From Macrostomum lignano (lineage: Eukaryota): DNA of 64,000 nucleotides. The position numbers and the translations under genes were made by a program. The stretch covers positions 172,080 through 236,079 of the forward strand of contig NIVC01000815.1 of NCBI GenBank assembly GCA_002269645.1, written 5' to 3'. This document shows positions 25,245 through 36,372 of this stretch, one piece after another; positions within the stretch are counted from its first letter, which is position 1; the number at the start of each line of letters is the position of its first letter. The notes under the pieces are model-generated. The model saw only the letters and a list, made by a program, of their open reading frames with translations. It did not search any database and was not told the origin of the DNA.

Positions 25245-26178
25245 GAGAGGCGGGTGAGAGAGACGGAGGAGGGAGGGAGAAAGGCGGAGAGAGGTGGGAG
25301 AGAGACAGAGGAGAAGGAGACAGGCGGGAGAAAGGCGGGGGAGAGCAGAGGAGAGAGAGAGGTGGGAGAGAGGCGGGGGAGAGGCGGGAGAGGCAGAGGA
25401 GAGAGGCGGGAAAGGCAGAGGAGAGAGGCGGAAAAAGCGGGAGAGAGCCGGAGGAGTGGCGGGAAAGGCGGGAGAGGCAGGAGAGAGGTGGGGGAGAGGC
25501 GGGAGAGAGGTGGGGGAGAGGCGGGAGAGAGGTGGGGGAGAGGCGGGAGAGAGGTGGGGGAGAGGCGGGAGAGAGGTGGGGGGGAGGCGGGGGAGGCAGA
25601 AGAGAGAGGCGGGGAGAGGTGGGGGAGAGGCGGGAGAGAGGTGGGGGAGAGGCGGGGAGGCAGAAGAGAGAGGCTGGAGAGAGGTGGGGGAGAAGTGGGA
25701 GAGGCAGAGGAAAGAGGCGGGAGAGGTGGGGGAGAGGCGGGGGAGGCAGAAGAGACAGGCGGGAGAGAGGCGGGAGAGGCGGAGAGAGGCGGGAGAGGCG
25801 GGAGAGAGGCGAGAGAGGCGGGAGAGGCGGGATAGAGAGGCGGGAGAGAGGCGGGGAGAGGTGGGGGAGAGAGGTGAGAGAGGCAGGAGAGAAGCGGGAG
25901 AGGCAGAAGAGAGAGGCAGAGGAGAGAGGCGGGAGAGAGGTGGGGGAGAGGCGGGAGAGAGGTGGGGAGAGGCAGAGAGAGGTGGGGGGAGGCGGGGGAG
26001 GCAGAAGAGAGAGGCGGGAGAGAGGTGGGGGAGAGGCGGGGAGAGGTGGGGGAGAGAGGCGAGAGAGGCAGGAGAGAAACGGGAGAGGCAGAAGAGAGAG
26101 GCAGAGGAGAGAGGCGGGAGAGAGGTGGGAGAGAGGCGGGGGAGAGGCGGAGGAGAGAGGCGGGAGAGAGACGGAGAC
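25245..26178. repeat. G/A-rich low-complexity repeat (GGGAGAGAGGCG variants) at the start of ZFHX intron 1
   Basis: Direct inspection. Confidence 0.9.
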
Positions 26179-26210
26179 CCCAGCAATACCAGCACCTGCG
26201 TCTTGCTCAC

Positions 26211-28210
26211 CTCTCTCAGCTTGTGGCCAGGCTGTTGGAAGTGCCGCAGCAGTTCCGCCTTAGTCTGGCAGACGCAGCTGCACAGCTGGCAGCGATAGCG
26301 ACAGCAGCCGGGGCCGCTAGTGAGCCTCCGCTCCTCGCTGCAGAGGTGCAGTAGCAGGTAGGCATTCAGCTGGTGACTGGGAGTGCCAGGTGCAGCTGCA
26401 TTTTGTGCAGCGAGGCCGCCACGTAGCCGCAGGCATTGCAGCGCAGCTGCACAGGGTTGCCACTGGTTGCAGTGGACAGCCGGGAGGTGCCGCCGTTGGC
26501 ATCGCCGCCGGCGCCCAGCCGCAGGTGGTTGAGCAGCTGCAGCCGCTGCATGTGCTTATCAGTCTTGCAGTGGAGGTGAAAATTCGCCTTCAGATTGGAG
26601 CGATAGTCGCATAGCGCGCACTGCCAGTAGCCTGCGGCGTAGCCTGTGGCCTCCGAGCTGGGCTCAAGTCGCGGCTCCACGGAGTGCGCGTGAAGCTCCG
26701 GCAGCGAGTCGGTGTGGAAGCTGTCGCACACCTGGCAGGTGAACAGGTGCGACGGATCGTTGGCGGATCGAGCACCGGCTGACCGAGGCTGATGCGGCTG
26801 TCTGTGCTGCTGGGCCTGCTGCTGCTGATGGTGCCGCCCGCTGCCGCCCGGCTTCGGGTGCATCGCCGATCGAGCAGCGCCCGAGGCCGAAGTCGACGCC
26901 GGAGCGAGGCCTGACAAAGCGGAGGCGCCGCCGTTTCCGCCGGAGCCGGCAATGACGCCGGCGGCGCGCTGCAGATCGTGCACGTTGTTGCAGTGCTTAT
27001 CGGACTGCATGTGGATGGCCAGGTTGCCCTTGGTGGTGGTGCTGTAGTTGCACACCTCGCAGCGGTAGGGCTTGTAGCCGCAGTTGTAGGTCTCGCCGCG
27101 GGCTAGCCGCGGATGGCTCTGGTTAGTCAGGCAGTAGTGGCAGGCGTCGCATCGGCCCTGACCGCCAGGATCGCCCGAGCCGGTTTCCGGGTGCTTCTCT
27201 TTGAGGTGAATCTCCAGAGTCTCCTGGTACTTGTAGTGCCAGTTGCATTTCGGACACTTGATGTGCTTGTTCAAGTGGCGTGCCTGGCCGCTGCTCTGCT
27301 GCTGCTGCTGCTGTTGCTGCGAGTCGGCTGGCAGATGCGGCATCGGCGGTGGCGGCCCCAGCGGCGGCGGCAGGAAGGCTGTCCAGGGAAAGGCGGACAA
27401 GAGGCCGGCAAAGGAGGGCGGCGGATGAGGCGGCGGCAGCGGTGGCAGCGGCAGAGACGGCAGCTGGACAGGCAGCATGGATGCTGCAGCTTCATCAGGT
27501 TCATCCGCGGACTCGTCAGCAGACTCGGGGTTGGCCGCATCAGCAGCTCTTTCCTCGGTCTCCGCCTCGTCGCCTTTGTTATTCTCCTCGTCCGAGCCAT
27601 TCGCGGCTTCCTGGTCCTGTTCGCTACGGCTGTCGCTGTGCCACGGGCGGTCCTCGAACAGCCGCAGGCGGAGTCCGCGCCCGCCCCAGTCAGCGATGAC
27701 GCCAGCCACTCCGGCGCCAAACGGTTCGTCCGGCGCCGCCAGACTGTGCCCCGCGCAGTGTCCGGTCAGCTCGTCCGCCCTGGCCAGCCGCCGCCTGCAG
27801 GCGAGACAGACAAGCAGCGGCGGCTCTTCAGTTGGCGAGGCGGCGGACAGTCGGCAGTAATCGACTGCGACCGAGCGACCGAGGGCTCTGTGGAGGCGGG
27901 TCTCGGCGGCCTGACGACATTCGGCCAGCGACGTCAGCGGATCAGCGGCTGCACCGCTACTGGATCGCTCGCGCAGCAGGAAGGCTCGAACTCCGCACTG
28001 CTCGGCCAGGCACAGGAGCACAGAATCTGTTGCAGACTCGGCCAGCAGCAGCTCGGACTCTTCATCAGTCACGGCGTCAGTGGAGTCTGCGCCAATTTTG
28101 TTATCATCGTTGACTTCGGTCTGACCAGCCAGGAGGAGCAGCAGCTGGAGGCTCGCGCCACTGCTGGCGCGGATTTTGGCGCCAATTAATCGGTTGAAAT
28201 CTGTCGACAT
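26211..28210 (-). CDS. zfh2: ZFHX3/4 (zfh2/ATBF1)-like zinc-finger homeobox gene, coding exon 1; apparent 1-nt deletion at 26379-26381
   Basis: Translation contains hallmark ZFHX blocks KCPKCNWHYKYQETLEIHLKEKHP and HPRLARGETYNCGYKPYRCEVCNYSTTTKGNLAIHMQSDKH. The ORF track stops at 26366, but after adding one C the frame continues PSHQ...YRCQLCSCVCQTKAELLRHFQQPGHKLRE to donor GAG|GTGAGC at 26210 (phase 0). Length 2000+1 is divisible by 3. Confidence 0.92.
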
Positions 28211-30044
28211 GCTGCTGGCCGGCTGCAGCTGTGCGATGGCGCGTGTGCGGGCAGTTTATTTGAGCAGGAACAGAAAAATTTCTTATGGGGGGGGGCCTCG
28301 CTGAGCAGCCGAGAAGGCAAAGAGAATAAGTCTGATGAAGACACGGCGCGGTCTGCGAATTGCGAGAGGAGGCTGCGGGCCGCTGCTGCTCAGGGGAGGG
28401 CCAGGATAAATATTATGAGGGAGGAGCGGGAGGGAGGGAGGCTGAGAGCGGGAAGGCCGGCCCCTGATGAGGCCCTAATCAAGAGCTCATCTTATATGCA
28501 AAATAGATAATTAGAATGGTTTGCAATCAGCCAGGGCCCCAGCGGTTAGTTGTATCTTAATCTCGGGAGGCAAATCTTAAGCACCTAATCAGCAGAGAGA
28601 ATGGAGCGGGCGGAGCGGGCCTAACACAATTCTACAGTGAAAATGAGCACTAATCACTTGCGCTTTAAGTAAGCACAAATTAATGCAGCCTCCCGGGCCC
28701 CCGGTTCGCTAACTCGATAATCCAGCCTGAGGACTCGGCACCATCCTCAATCTTAATTACCAATATCAGAACTCCAATCTCCACTTGGTGGTCCCTCGGC
28801 CCTTCCCCCCTCAGACCCAATCCAGACCTCTCCAGCCTCCGGTCCGGGGAGGGAATACCAGAGGGACCTCCTGTGGCCGAGTTGCCCCAGTCCAGCCGCG
28901 CTGGTCGGTGCCAAGGGATGCCGCGGAAGCTGGTGACGGGGCGCCAACCCCGCTCGAGCCCAAGAAGATATCGAAGGGTGGGGCTGGTGGGCCGAGCGGA
29001 ACGAAAGTCGAAAGGAACGGAGCCGAGGCTTAGGCCCGCAGCCGGGAGCTTATCAAGGCAATTATTATCAAGTATTCTGCTAATTACTGGGATACTCGCC
29101 GCCTGAATTAATCAGCATTTTAAACAGGCGCATGGCCCGCGGCTTCAGGCGGATGGGGATGGGTGAAAACTTGTTTTTCTGGCGCTGGTATATGCTTGGA
29201 AATTACTGGGCACCGAGAGGAGTCGAGTGGCCGCTCGTGGGATTGGGGGAGGGGAGGAGGCTGCGGACCCTCACCCAGCCTCTGTGAAGAGATGCTCGCC
29301 GAATAATGTTGAAAATTAGGGCTCCCCCGCCTCCAGAGAGGATGGGGACTGCATGGTCCTCGTCCATCAGGCCCATCCCCTCCTGCCACTCAGCGCTCCG
29401 GCCAGCCCGTGAATGCCGCCAGTTGTCTGCCGCGCGGTTCTCTCCTCAAGTGCCCCAGCGCTAACAGCATGAGCAACAGCACCGCATCATCCCCAGCCTC
29501 CTCCGCCCGGCTCATCCCCGCCTCTTATCATCCCCTTGCTTTACTTCTATTTCTCTGTCTCTCTCTCTAGGGGCAGTCGAGCCAAGTTGTTCTCTACTTT
29601 TCTTTCTAGCTGCTCAAGCCTGGCTGTGCTCAAGTTAAGACACTGGTGTTGTCTGGACTCAGCCAGTGCTGCATGTGTATATGGAAGCTAATATCCAAAA
29701 AATCCATGCCTTCAGCATTGCATAGGGCCGCATGGCCAAGCCGTGCTCAATCATCGTCTTCAGTCTGCTTCTCTCCAATCTGGCCCGGGCTTCATCATCA
29801 CTTCAGCCAGCGGAGTCCAGACTCCCAGACTGACTCCCAAAAGTCGAAGACTATAGGGGTGATAATTGGGCGCGAGAGAGCAATCAATACAATATTATTA
29901 TTGGGGGATAAGTTGGAAGGAACAGATGCAGAGTATAACGAATATTCAGCATCCAAAAATGCCCAGCAGATTGTGGATAAGAAGACAGCAGCAAAAACTA
30001 GCAAACAGATGGCGAACTAAACTTTAAGGCAATCTTTGTAGCTC

Positions 30045-30130
30045 ACTTACCTTTTTCTGTCGCTTTTTAATCCTCTGCTGATCTCTCCGTCTTTCGCTGT
30101 TTAAATACTAGACTCCGCCGTCATTAATTA
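30045..30130 (-). other. Probable non-coding 5' exon of the ZFHX gene
   Basis: Perfect donor AAAAAG|GTAAGT at 30050 on the ZFHX strand. Candidate acceptors (CACAG, CTGCAG) lie 18-24 nt before the ATG at 28210. The exon start is not defined. Confidence 0.4.
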
Positions 30131-31594
30131 TATGAATTGTTAAAACTGAGATAAAGTCATAAGAGATTGAAAATAACAATATCAAAATTCTTTACTAACA
30201 ATTTGTATGTGGAATAGTAAAATAAAATAACGCTGTTTTTGTTTCCAACTTCGCCTTGTTAGATTAGATAGGCTTGTAAAATTTTTCACTGGTGGTTGGG
30301 ACCCTCGGGGAGGTCGGGGGTTATTAGACGGTTGGCTATTAATTAGTCTGGTGCCCCGGGATTGGGTGGTGGGGAGCTGGGGTGGTTGGGGGTTGGGTTT
30401 GGATTTTTATTGATACCGACGCTTGAACGGAGCCAGCCACTTTGCATAAGAAATCATATCAATTATCGGAAATTACACCCAACAAGTATAGAGTAAACAC
30501 GTAGCGCGTATACCACAGAATTATTAAGACTTTAATATCTTTTTATTATTTTTTAGTGTTTTGTTAGTTAAAAGTAACGTCATGGCGCATCCCCCCAGAC
30601 CGACATTGTAATATTTGACTGGGCATTGTTGCACAATCAATTAGACTACCCACTACCCAGACGTGTTATAACAAAAATAATTCCAACTGTTCAAAGTTAA
30701 AGTAGCCCTTTTTGGGCGCGCTTGTGTTGCTGCCCAGACAAACATGCGCACCATTTGTGTTGTGTATCCTATACAGTCTTAACAGGTCATCTACAGTATA
30801 TTAATAATAGAAATGAATCAATTACTCACGCAAAGGAAATCAATCATATTTTGAAAAATAATGTTACATTAGCTAGAAAAGCTCCGAGGCCAGTTGTTCT
30901 GTGTATTAATAATAATATAATATTTTGTTAACCAAATTTTCTAAATTTGTTTCACATCTGCACGCAATGCTTATTCGCATAGAAACTATTTAATAGCCAT
31001 GCTTTACATGTACTTCGATACATTTTCAAAACTTAGCATTGTTTCCCAGATAAATTCCCATCGTCTGGGGGAAGCCAAAGTATTTGAGAGCATAGGCGTT
31101 AAACCGAGAGGGTTGGTCCAGAGTCTAGGTAAAATGCTAGGTAAAAAATGCATTCAGCTTGATAGTTACCAGCATGACGGATCTTCGAGACCTTCAACAC
31201 GATGAAACAAGTAAATTATTTAAATTTCTGTCTATTTGAGCACAGTGGCAGCAAACGTGTGCCTTTTTAAAGAAAACAAACGAGAACAGTAGTATCTTGA
31301 GGATAAGAGCCAGTTCATTTGAAATTAAATTTATTGGATATAATTAGAAATCTTGTCTAGTTTAAAAGAGAAGTACTAGACGCGAATCTTTACATATGTA
31401 TATATCAATTTATTTATTCATAGACGTTTTGAAAGAAAAAACAATCATATACGGTAACACGGTAACACTACAGAAGTAATATATTGTTCATTCAGATTTC
31501 ATTTGTAAGCAATGCAATAAATGAGTAACAAGGTATAGCCAATGTACACTTGTTAAAGCAACAGTCACTCATACAAGTTCCGATAGAGTGCCCA

Positions 31595-32235
31595 CAGTCG
31601 CTCATAGAACGATAAACAGTCGCTCATAAAACGGTAAACTGTCGCTCATAGAATGGCTAACTTACAGTTGATAATAGGATGACAACTAATCACTCATAGG
31701 ATGGCAAACAGTAGCTCATAGAATGGCAAACGATCGCTCATAGAATGGTAAATAATGGCTCATAGAATGGTAAATAATGGCTCATAGAATGGCAAACAAT
31801 CGCTTATAGGATGGCAACTAATAGTTCATAGAATGGCAAACGATCGCTCATAGAATGGTAAATAATGGCTCATAGAATGGTAAATAATGGCTCATAGAAT
31901 GGCAAACAATCGCTTATAGGATGGCAACTAATAGCTCATAGAATGGCAAACGATCGCTCATAGAATGGTAAACAATCGGTCATAGGATGGCAAACAGTCT
32001 CTCATATAATGGCAAATAATCGCTCATAGGATCGCAAACAGTCGCTCATAGAACGGTAAACAATCGCTCAAAGAATGGCAAATAATCGCTCATAGAATGG
32101 CAAATAATCGCTCATAGGATCGCAAACAGTCGCTCATAGAACGGTAAACAGTCGCTCATAGAACGGTAAACAATCACTCATAGAATGGCAAATAATCGTT
32201 CATAGGATCGCAAACAGTCGCTCATAGAACGGTAC
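31595..32235. repeat. 22-bp degenerate minisatellite (CGCTCATAGAATGGCAAACAAT) directly 3' of SNF8
   Basis: Direct inspection. Confidence 0.9.
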
Positions 32236-32264
32236 AGAACTCAGCACACAGTTCGATCACCCCC

Positions 32265-33010
32265 CTAGGCAGCCAGTAGCGCGGGCACCAGACTGGGGAA
32301 CCAGAACGCCCTTTCGCCGCTCGGCTCGCCGTCGTCAACCCAGGCGAAAGCTTCGCGCACCAGCTGGTCGAGCACGCGGTCGACTCGCTCAGGCGCCCAG
32401 GCCAGGGCTGTCCGACAAGCTGACGCCGTCACTCGGCCGCCATTGCCGTCGGCAAGGCGCATCACCGAGTTGGCATCGAGGCTGAGCTCGCCAGGCACCG
32501 ATTGCACCAATCGCCGGTTGCCAAGCGTTACCAGAGTGAATCCGTTGCCTAGGCAACGGAGCTTATCCACGGCGCGAACAATGTCGTCCTCGGAGACCGG
32601 ATCTCCGGCGCCTCGTCCAGCATTGAGCGCTTTCAATAAATCGCTAACGTCCATCAGACCGCCGTGCTTGTGGCTAGTTGCCATGGTAACCTCGATAATC
32701 TTGACGCCAAGCTCGAAATAGAAGCCGCCAACCCGAGCATGTCGGACCAGAAGCCTTTGCCGGATTGCAGCGGATCGACGCCAATAGCGGCGCACATCTG
32801 CTGGAACTGCGCCCGGAACTGCTGATTGCGTCGAATCTTGTCGGCGTGCTTCCTGGCGAACTCCTCCAGGTGTTGCCGGAACGCGCCAACCTGGGCGCTG
32901 ACCTGCGCCAGCTCCTGGTCGGCCAGTTGGCCGCCTTTGCTTTTGAATCGATCGGCCGCGGCCGCGTGCCGCTGAGCGCCGCCAACGCCAACACCGCGTC
33001 CGCGTCGCAT
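32265..33010 (-). CDS. SNF8: SNF8/Vps22/EAP30 (ESCRT-II subunit), intronless; apparent 1-nt deletion at 32732-32734
   Basis: MRRGRGVGVGGA...FRAQFQQMCAAIGVDPLQSGKGFWSDMLG (ORF 32654-33103) continues in another frame as VGGFYFELGVKIIEV...LVQSVPGELSLD...LDQLVREAFAWVD...FWFPSL* (ORF 32265-32795). The span is 746 nt; adding 1 gives 248 aa plus stop. Confidence 0.92.
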
Positions 33011-33113
33011 GGCAACTAAATTTGGCGTAGCATGAATGGTGTTTGCCGGTTGAGCGATTCCGCTTAAAAAACTGCTGGACACATGCTTAATATAAAAAGG
33101 CACGCCAAAACAA

Positions 33114-33165
33114 GCATGTTTAAAGCCAACGCGTTTCGATGCAATCTGTCATCTTCAGGGCATGC
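33114..33165 (-). ncRNA. Second hammerhead ribozyme copy, inverted, with weakened stem II
   Basis: The reverse complement reads GCC-CUGAAGA-U-GACAGAUUGCAUC-GAAA-CGCGUU-GGC. It differs from the plus-strand copy by 3 substitutions, all in stem-loop II. Confidence 0.6.
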
Positions 33166-33603
33166 CACAGTCAAGACTGATTTCATTTAAGGCCGGTCGA
33201 TAAATAAGCGAACACTAGAGGGATAGTCACCCTGTCAACTCACAGCACTCTGAGTTGGGTGTTCCACTACGGCTAGCAAGCTGCACATTCAAACTAAGGC
33301 TTGTGTAATTTTATTTGCAAAGCTTTAATCATTATTAGTTTGAAATCGTTTTTGCAACCATTGAACAGCTGTATCGGATCGTTGTCACGACACGCAACGC
33401 AACCAAACAAGTAATCTTGAATAGACGAGACGAACTCTTTAGCCAGTGTTCTCTTGCTCTTGTGTGCAGGTGTCGCTTAGTTTTTCCTATGTAGGAAACT
33501 GATCAACAAAGCAACGGAATTGATAGAAAACACCTGCCTTGAGAGGAATAGGCACAACCGACATAAGTGTCTGTTTATAAATTTGTTTTTTGTGATGATT
33601 GTG

Positions 33604-33655
33604 GCATGCCCTGAAGATGACGGTTTGCGTCGAAACGCGTTGGCTTTAAACATGC
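33604..33655 (+). ncRNA. Minimal type I hammerhead ribozyme motif (Penelope-like element type)
   Basis: GCC-CUGAAGA-U-GACG(guuug)CGUC-GAAA-C(gc)GU-U-GGC. All core nucleotides are present, stem II is perfect, stem III is palindromic (ACGCGU), and stem I is GCC/GGC, extendable via GCAU/AUGC. Confidence 0.75.
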
Positions 33656-34509
33656 TTGTTTTGGTGTTCCTCCTTATATCATTCATTAAGCGAGCTAATC
33701 TTCCACAGTTCCACATGCTTGACGTTATCACGTTATTAGGCCATACGACCAATTAAGGTCATGGTCCATAGGAGACGGGATTTTTTTAGCATCACCAAAA
33801 CTGCTCGATGGAGCAGTTGCTAATTGCATTGCAAGCCGTGTCAGACTACTGCTAGTAGACAAAATCAATTCAAATAGTCAAAATACTCAATAATAAGATT
33901 TACTAGCAATAAAAAAGACCTTAAGTCGTCTTAGTTCTCAAATGAGAAGTATATAATCTTAAACACAATACTCAAATATCATATGCAATCTAAAATATAA
34001 TGGTATATAATTTCAAAAGGGATCTTTCTTAGAAATTCCCCAAGTTGAAACTCAAAACTGACTCGAGCCTAGACATGGATCCAGGAGCCTAAATAGTTGA
34101 CAGTTATACTGAAAGTACTCTAAACTTATGCAAAACAAAAATAACAGACTCAATTAAAACTCATTACATTATTTCTTCCCACAAGCCTTGAAAACATACA
34201 AGGAATCCAACACATCCGATGTCTATGGTAATGAGACGATTCAACCTTTTAAGGAAATTTTTTAATAGATAGCTTACTTCTAATTATGTACGGAATCTCA
34301 GGAACCAGCGACAGAAGCAATAAAGGGTATTGAGCACGGACGGATTAGTCGTTAATCCCGGCGTCATGAGCCGCAGCAGCCTGGCATGGGTCAGCTCGCC
34401 TTACATGGCTCATTTCAAACACAAAAGCGCAGCTGTGCAGGTTGTGCTCTACAGTTCAAGGCTGTGCGTCACCTGCCAGGAGAAGCTGGTGAGTGTCTCT
34501 AAATACGTA

Positions 34510-35748
34510 TCTGATGTACTGTCGGAGGGTGTCATGGAGGTGTTGTGCTGTTGGAGGCGTGTCATGGAGGTGTTGTGCTGTTGGAGGCGTGTCATTGAGG
34601 TAGATGTGCTGTTGGAGGCGTGTCATGGAGGTGTTGTGCTGTTGGAGGCGTGTCATGGAGGTAAATGTGCTGTCGGAGGCGTGTCATGGTGTTGTGCTAT
34701 CGGAGGCGTGTCATGGAGGTTGTGTGCTGTGGGAGGCGTGTCAAGGTGTTGTGCTGTCGGAGGCGTGTCATGGAGGTTGTGTGCTGTGGGAGGCGTGTCA
34801 TGGAGGTAGATGCGCTGTCGGAGGCGTGTCATGGAGGTGTTGTGCTGTCGGAGGCGGGTCATGGAGGTGTTGTGCTGTCGGAGGCGTGTCATGGAGGTGT
34901 TGTGCTGTCGGAGGCGTGTCATGGAGGTGTTGTGCTGTCGGAGGCGTGTCAAGGTGTTGTGCTGTCGGAGGCGTGTCATGGAGGTTGTGTGCTGTCGGAG
35001 GCGTGTCATCATGGAGGTGTTGTGCTGTCGGAGGCGTGTCATGGAGGTGTTGTGCTGTCGGAGGCGTGTCAAGGTGTTGTGCTGTCGGAGGCGTGTCAAG
35101 GTGTTGTGCTGTCGGAGGCGTGTCAAGGTGTTGTGCTGTCGGAGGCGTGTCATGGAGGTGTTGTGCTGTCGGAGGCGTGTCATGGAGGTGTTGTGCTGTC
35201 GGAGGCGTGTCATGGAGGTGTTGTGCTGTCGGAGGCGTGTCAAGGTGTTGTGCTGTCGGAGGCGTGTCATGGAGGTTGTGTGCTGTCGGAGGCGTGTCAT
35301 CATGGAGGTGTTGTGCTGTCGGAGGCGTGTCATGGAGGTGTTGTGCTGTCGGAGGCGTGTCAAGGTGTTGTGCTGTCGGAGGCGTGTCATGGAGGTGTTG
35401 TGCTGTCGGAGGCGTGTCAAGGTGTTGTGCTGTCGGAGGCGTGTCATGGAGGTGTTGTGCTGTCGGAGGCGTGTCATGGAGGTGTTGTGCTGTCGGAGGC
35501 GTGTCAAGGTGTTGTGCTGTCGGAGGCGTGTCATGGAGGTGTTGTGCTGTCGGAGGCGTGTCATCATGGAGGTGTTGTGCTGTCGGAGGCGTGTCATGGA
35601 GGTAGATGCGCTGTGGGAGGCGTGTCATGGAGGTAGATGCGCTGTGGGAGGCGTGTCATGGAGGTAGATGCGCTGTGGGAGGCATGTCATGGAGGTGTTG
35701 TGCTGTCGGAGGCGTGTCATGGAGGTGGTGTGCTGTCGGAGGCGTGTA
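34510..35748. repeat. 30-bp minisatellite (GTCATGGAGGTGTTGTGCTGTCGGAGGCGT) with shorter and longer variants
   Basis: Direct inspection. Confidence 0.95.
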
Positions 35749-35910
35749 ACAATTGTAAAACTTCACAATAGCAATATAGCCCGCTCAAGTCTCATGACTT
35801 TTTTCAGCTGTCTTCTTTTTTCTCCTCTCCTCTCTCATCTTCCCTCTCTTCTCTCTCCCCTCTTTTTTTGTTTCTCTGGCCCTTACGTTAAAAAAGCTTG
35901 CCAACCCCTG
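35748..35910 (-). mobile_element. Second fragment of the same hAT-type MITE family
   Basis: The reverse complement begins CAGGGGTTGGCAAGC...AAGGGCCAGA, then a GA-rich tract, then AGCTGAAAA...GAGCGGGC...ATTGC.ATTGTGAAGTTT, shared with 23983-24035. Confidence 0.55.
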
Positions 35911-36304
35911 ATCTAAGTGGTATGCAATGAAGGTTAACGCACAGTCAGATATATGAAGTGATGATTTGTTTCTAACATAACCGAACCTCGTGTTCGTGAG
36001 AGAGCCTGTGCATGCAGCAGCCAAAAACTAAAACAGAAATAAAATGCTTCTAAGGTGCCGCTGTTCGAAGAGCTGTCAGCTTGGCCGCTAAGCCACTGGC
36101 GCGCACACGGCTACAAGGCGCCGGCCGCTCTCAGATTTAGCGCTATTGACACAGTGAGCAATGCCAGGCCAAGCCAGTCTGAGTCGCACGATGTACAGCG
36201 CGTGCCCTGCGTGCAATTGTGGGCGCCAGCGGAGATGAACTACGCGCCAAAACTCTATTGCGAACGGGCCTGCCGCCGGTTGAGCTATGGCGCTCTGCGG
36301 CGCA

Positions 36305-36372
36305 ACCTGATTGGCTGGATTATCAAGCATGCAAATAGCATTTGATTGTTAATTCATGTCTGCAATTGGCTG
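36305..36372. promoter_or_regulatory. Promoter-like cluster: two CCAAT boxes and an octamer, at the edge of the CpG-rich to CpG-free transition upstream of FoxO
   Basis: TGATTGGCTG at 36308, ATGCAAAT at 36329, ATTGGCTG at 36365. Assignment to FoxO is inference. Confidence 0.3.

Larger units (their letters stand above)
33105..33664. mobile_element. Probable Penelope-like retroelement remnant (inverted pLTR-like arms)
   Basis: 64-bp inverted repeat (33105-33168 vs 33601-33664, 3 mismatches), each arm carrying the hammerhead. Inverted terminal repeats with minimal hammerheads are characteristic of PLEs. No RT or GIY-YIG ORF is visible. Confidence 0.55.

Noticed and set aside
28332-28360. CTGATGA followed by an AGAC/GTCT hairpin
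   Set aside because: No GAAA directly after the stem and no stem III/NUH.
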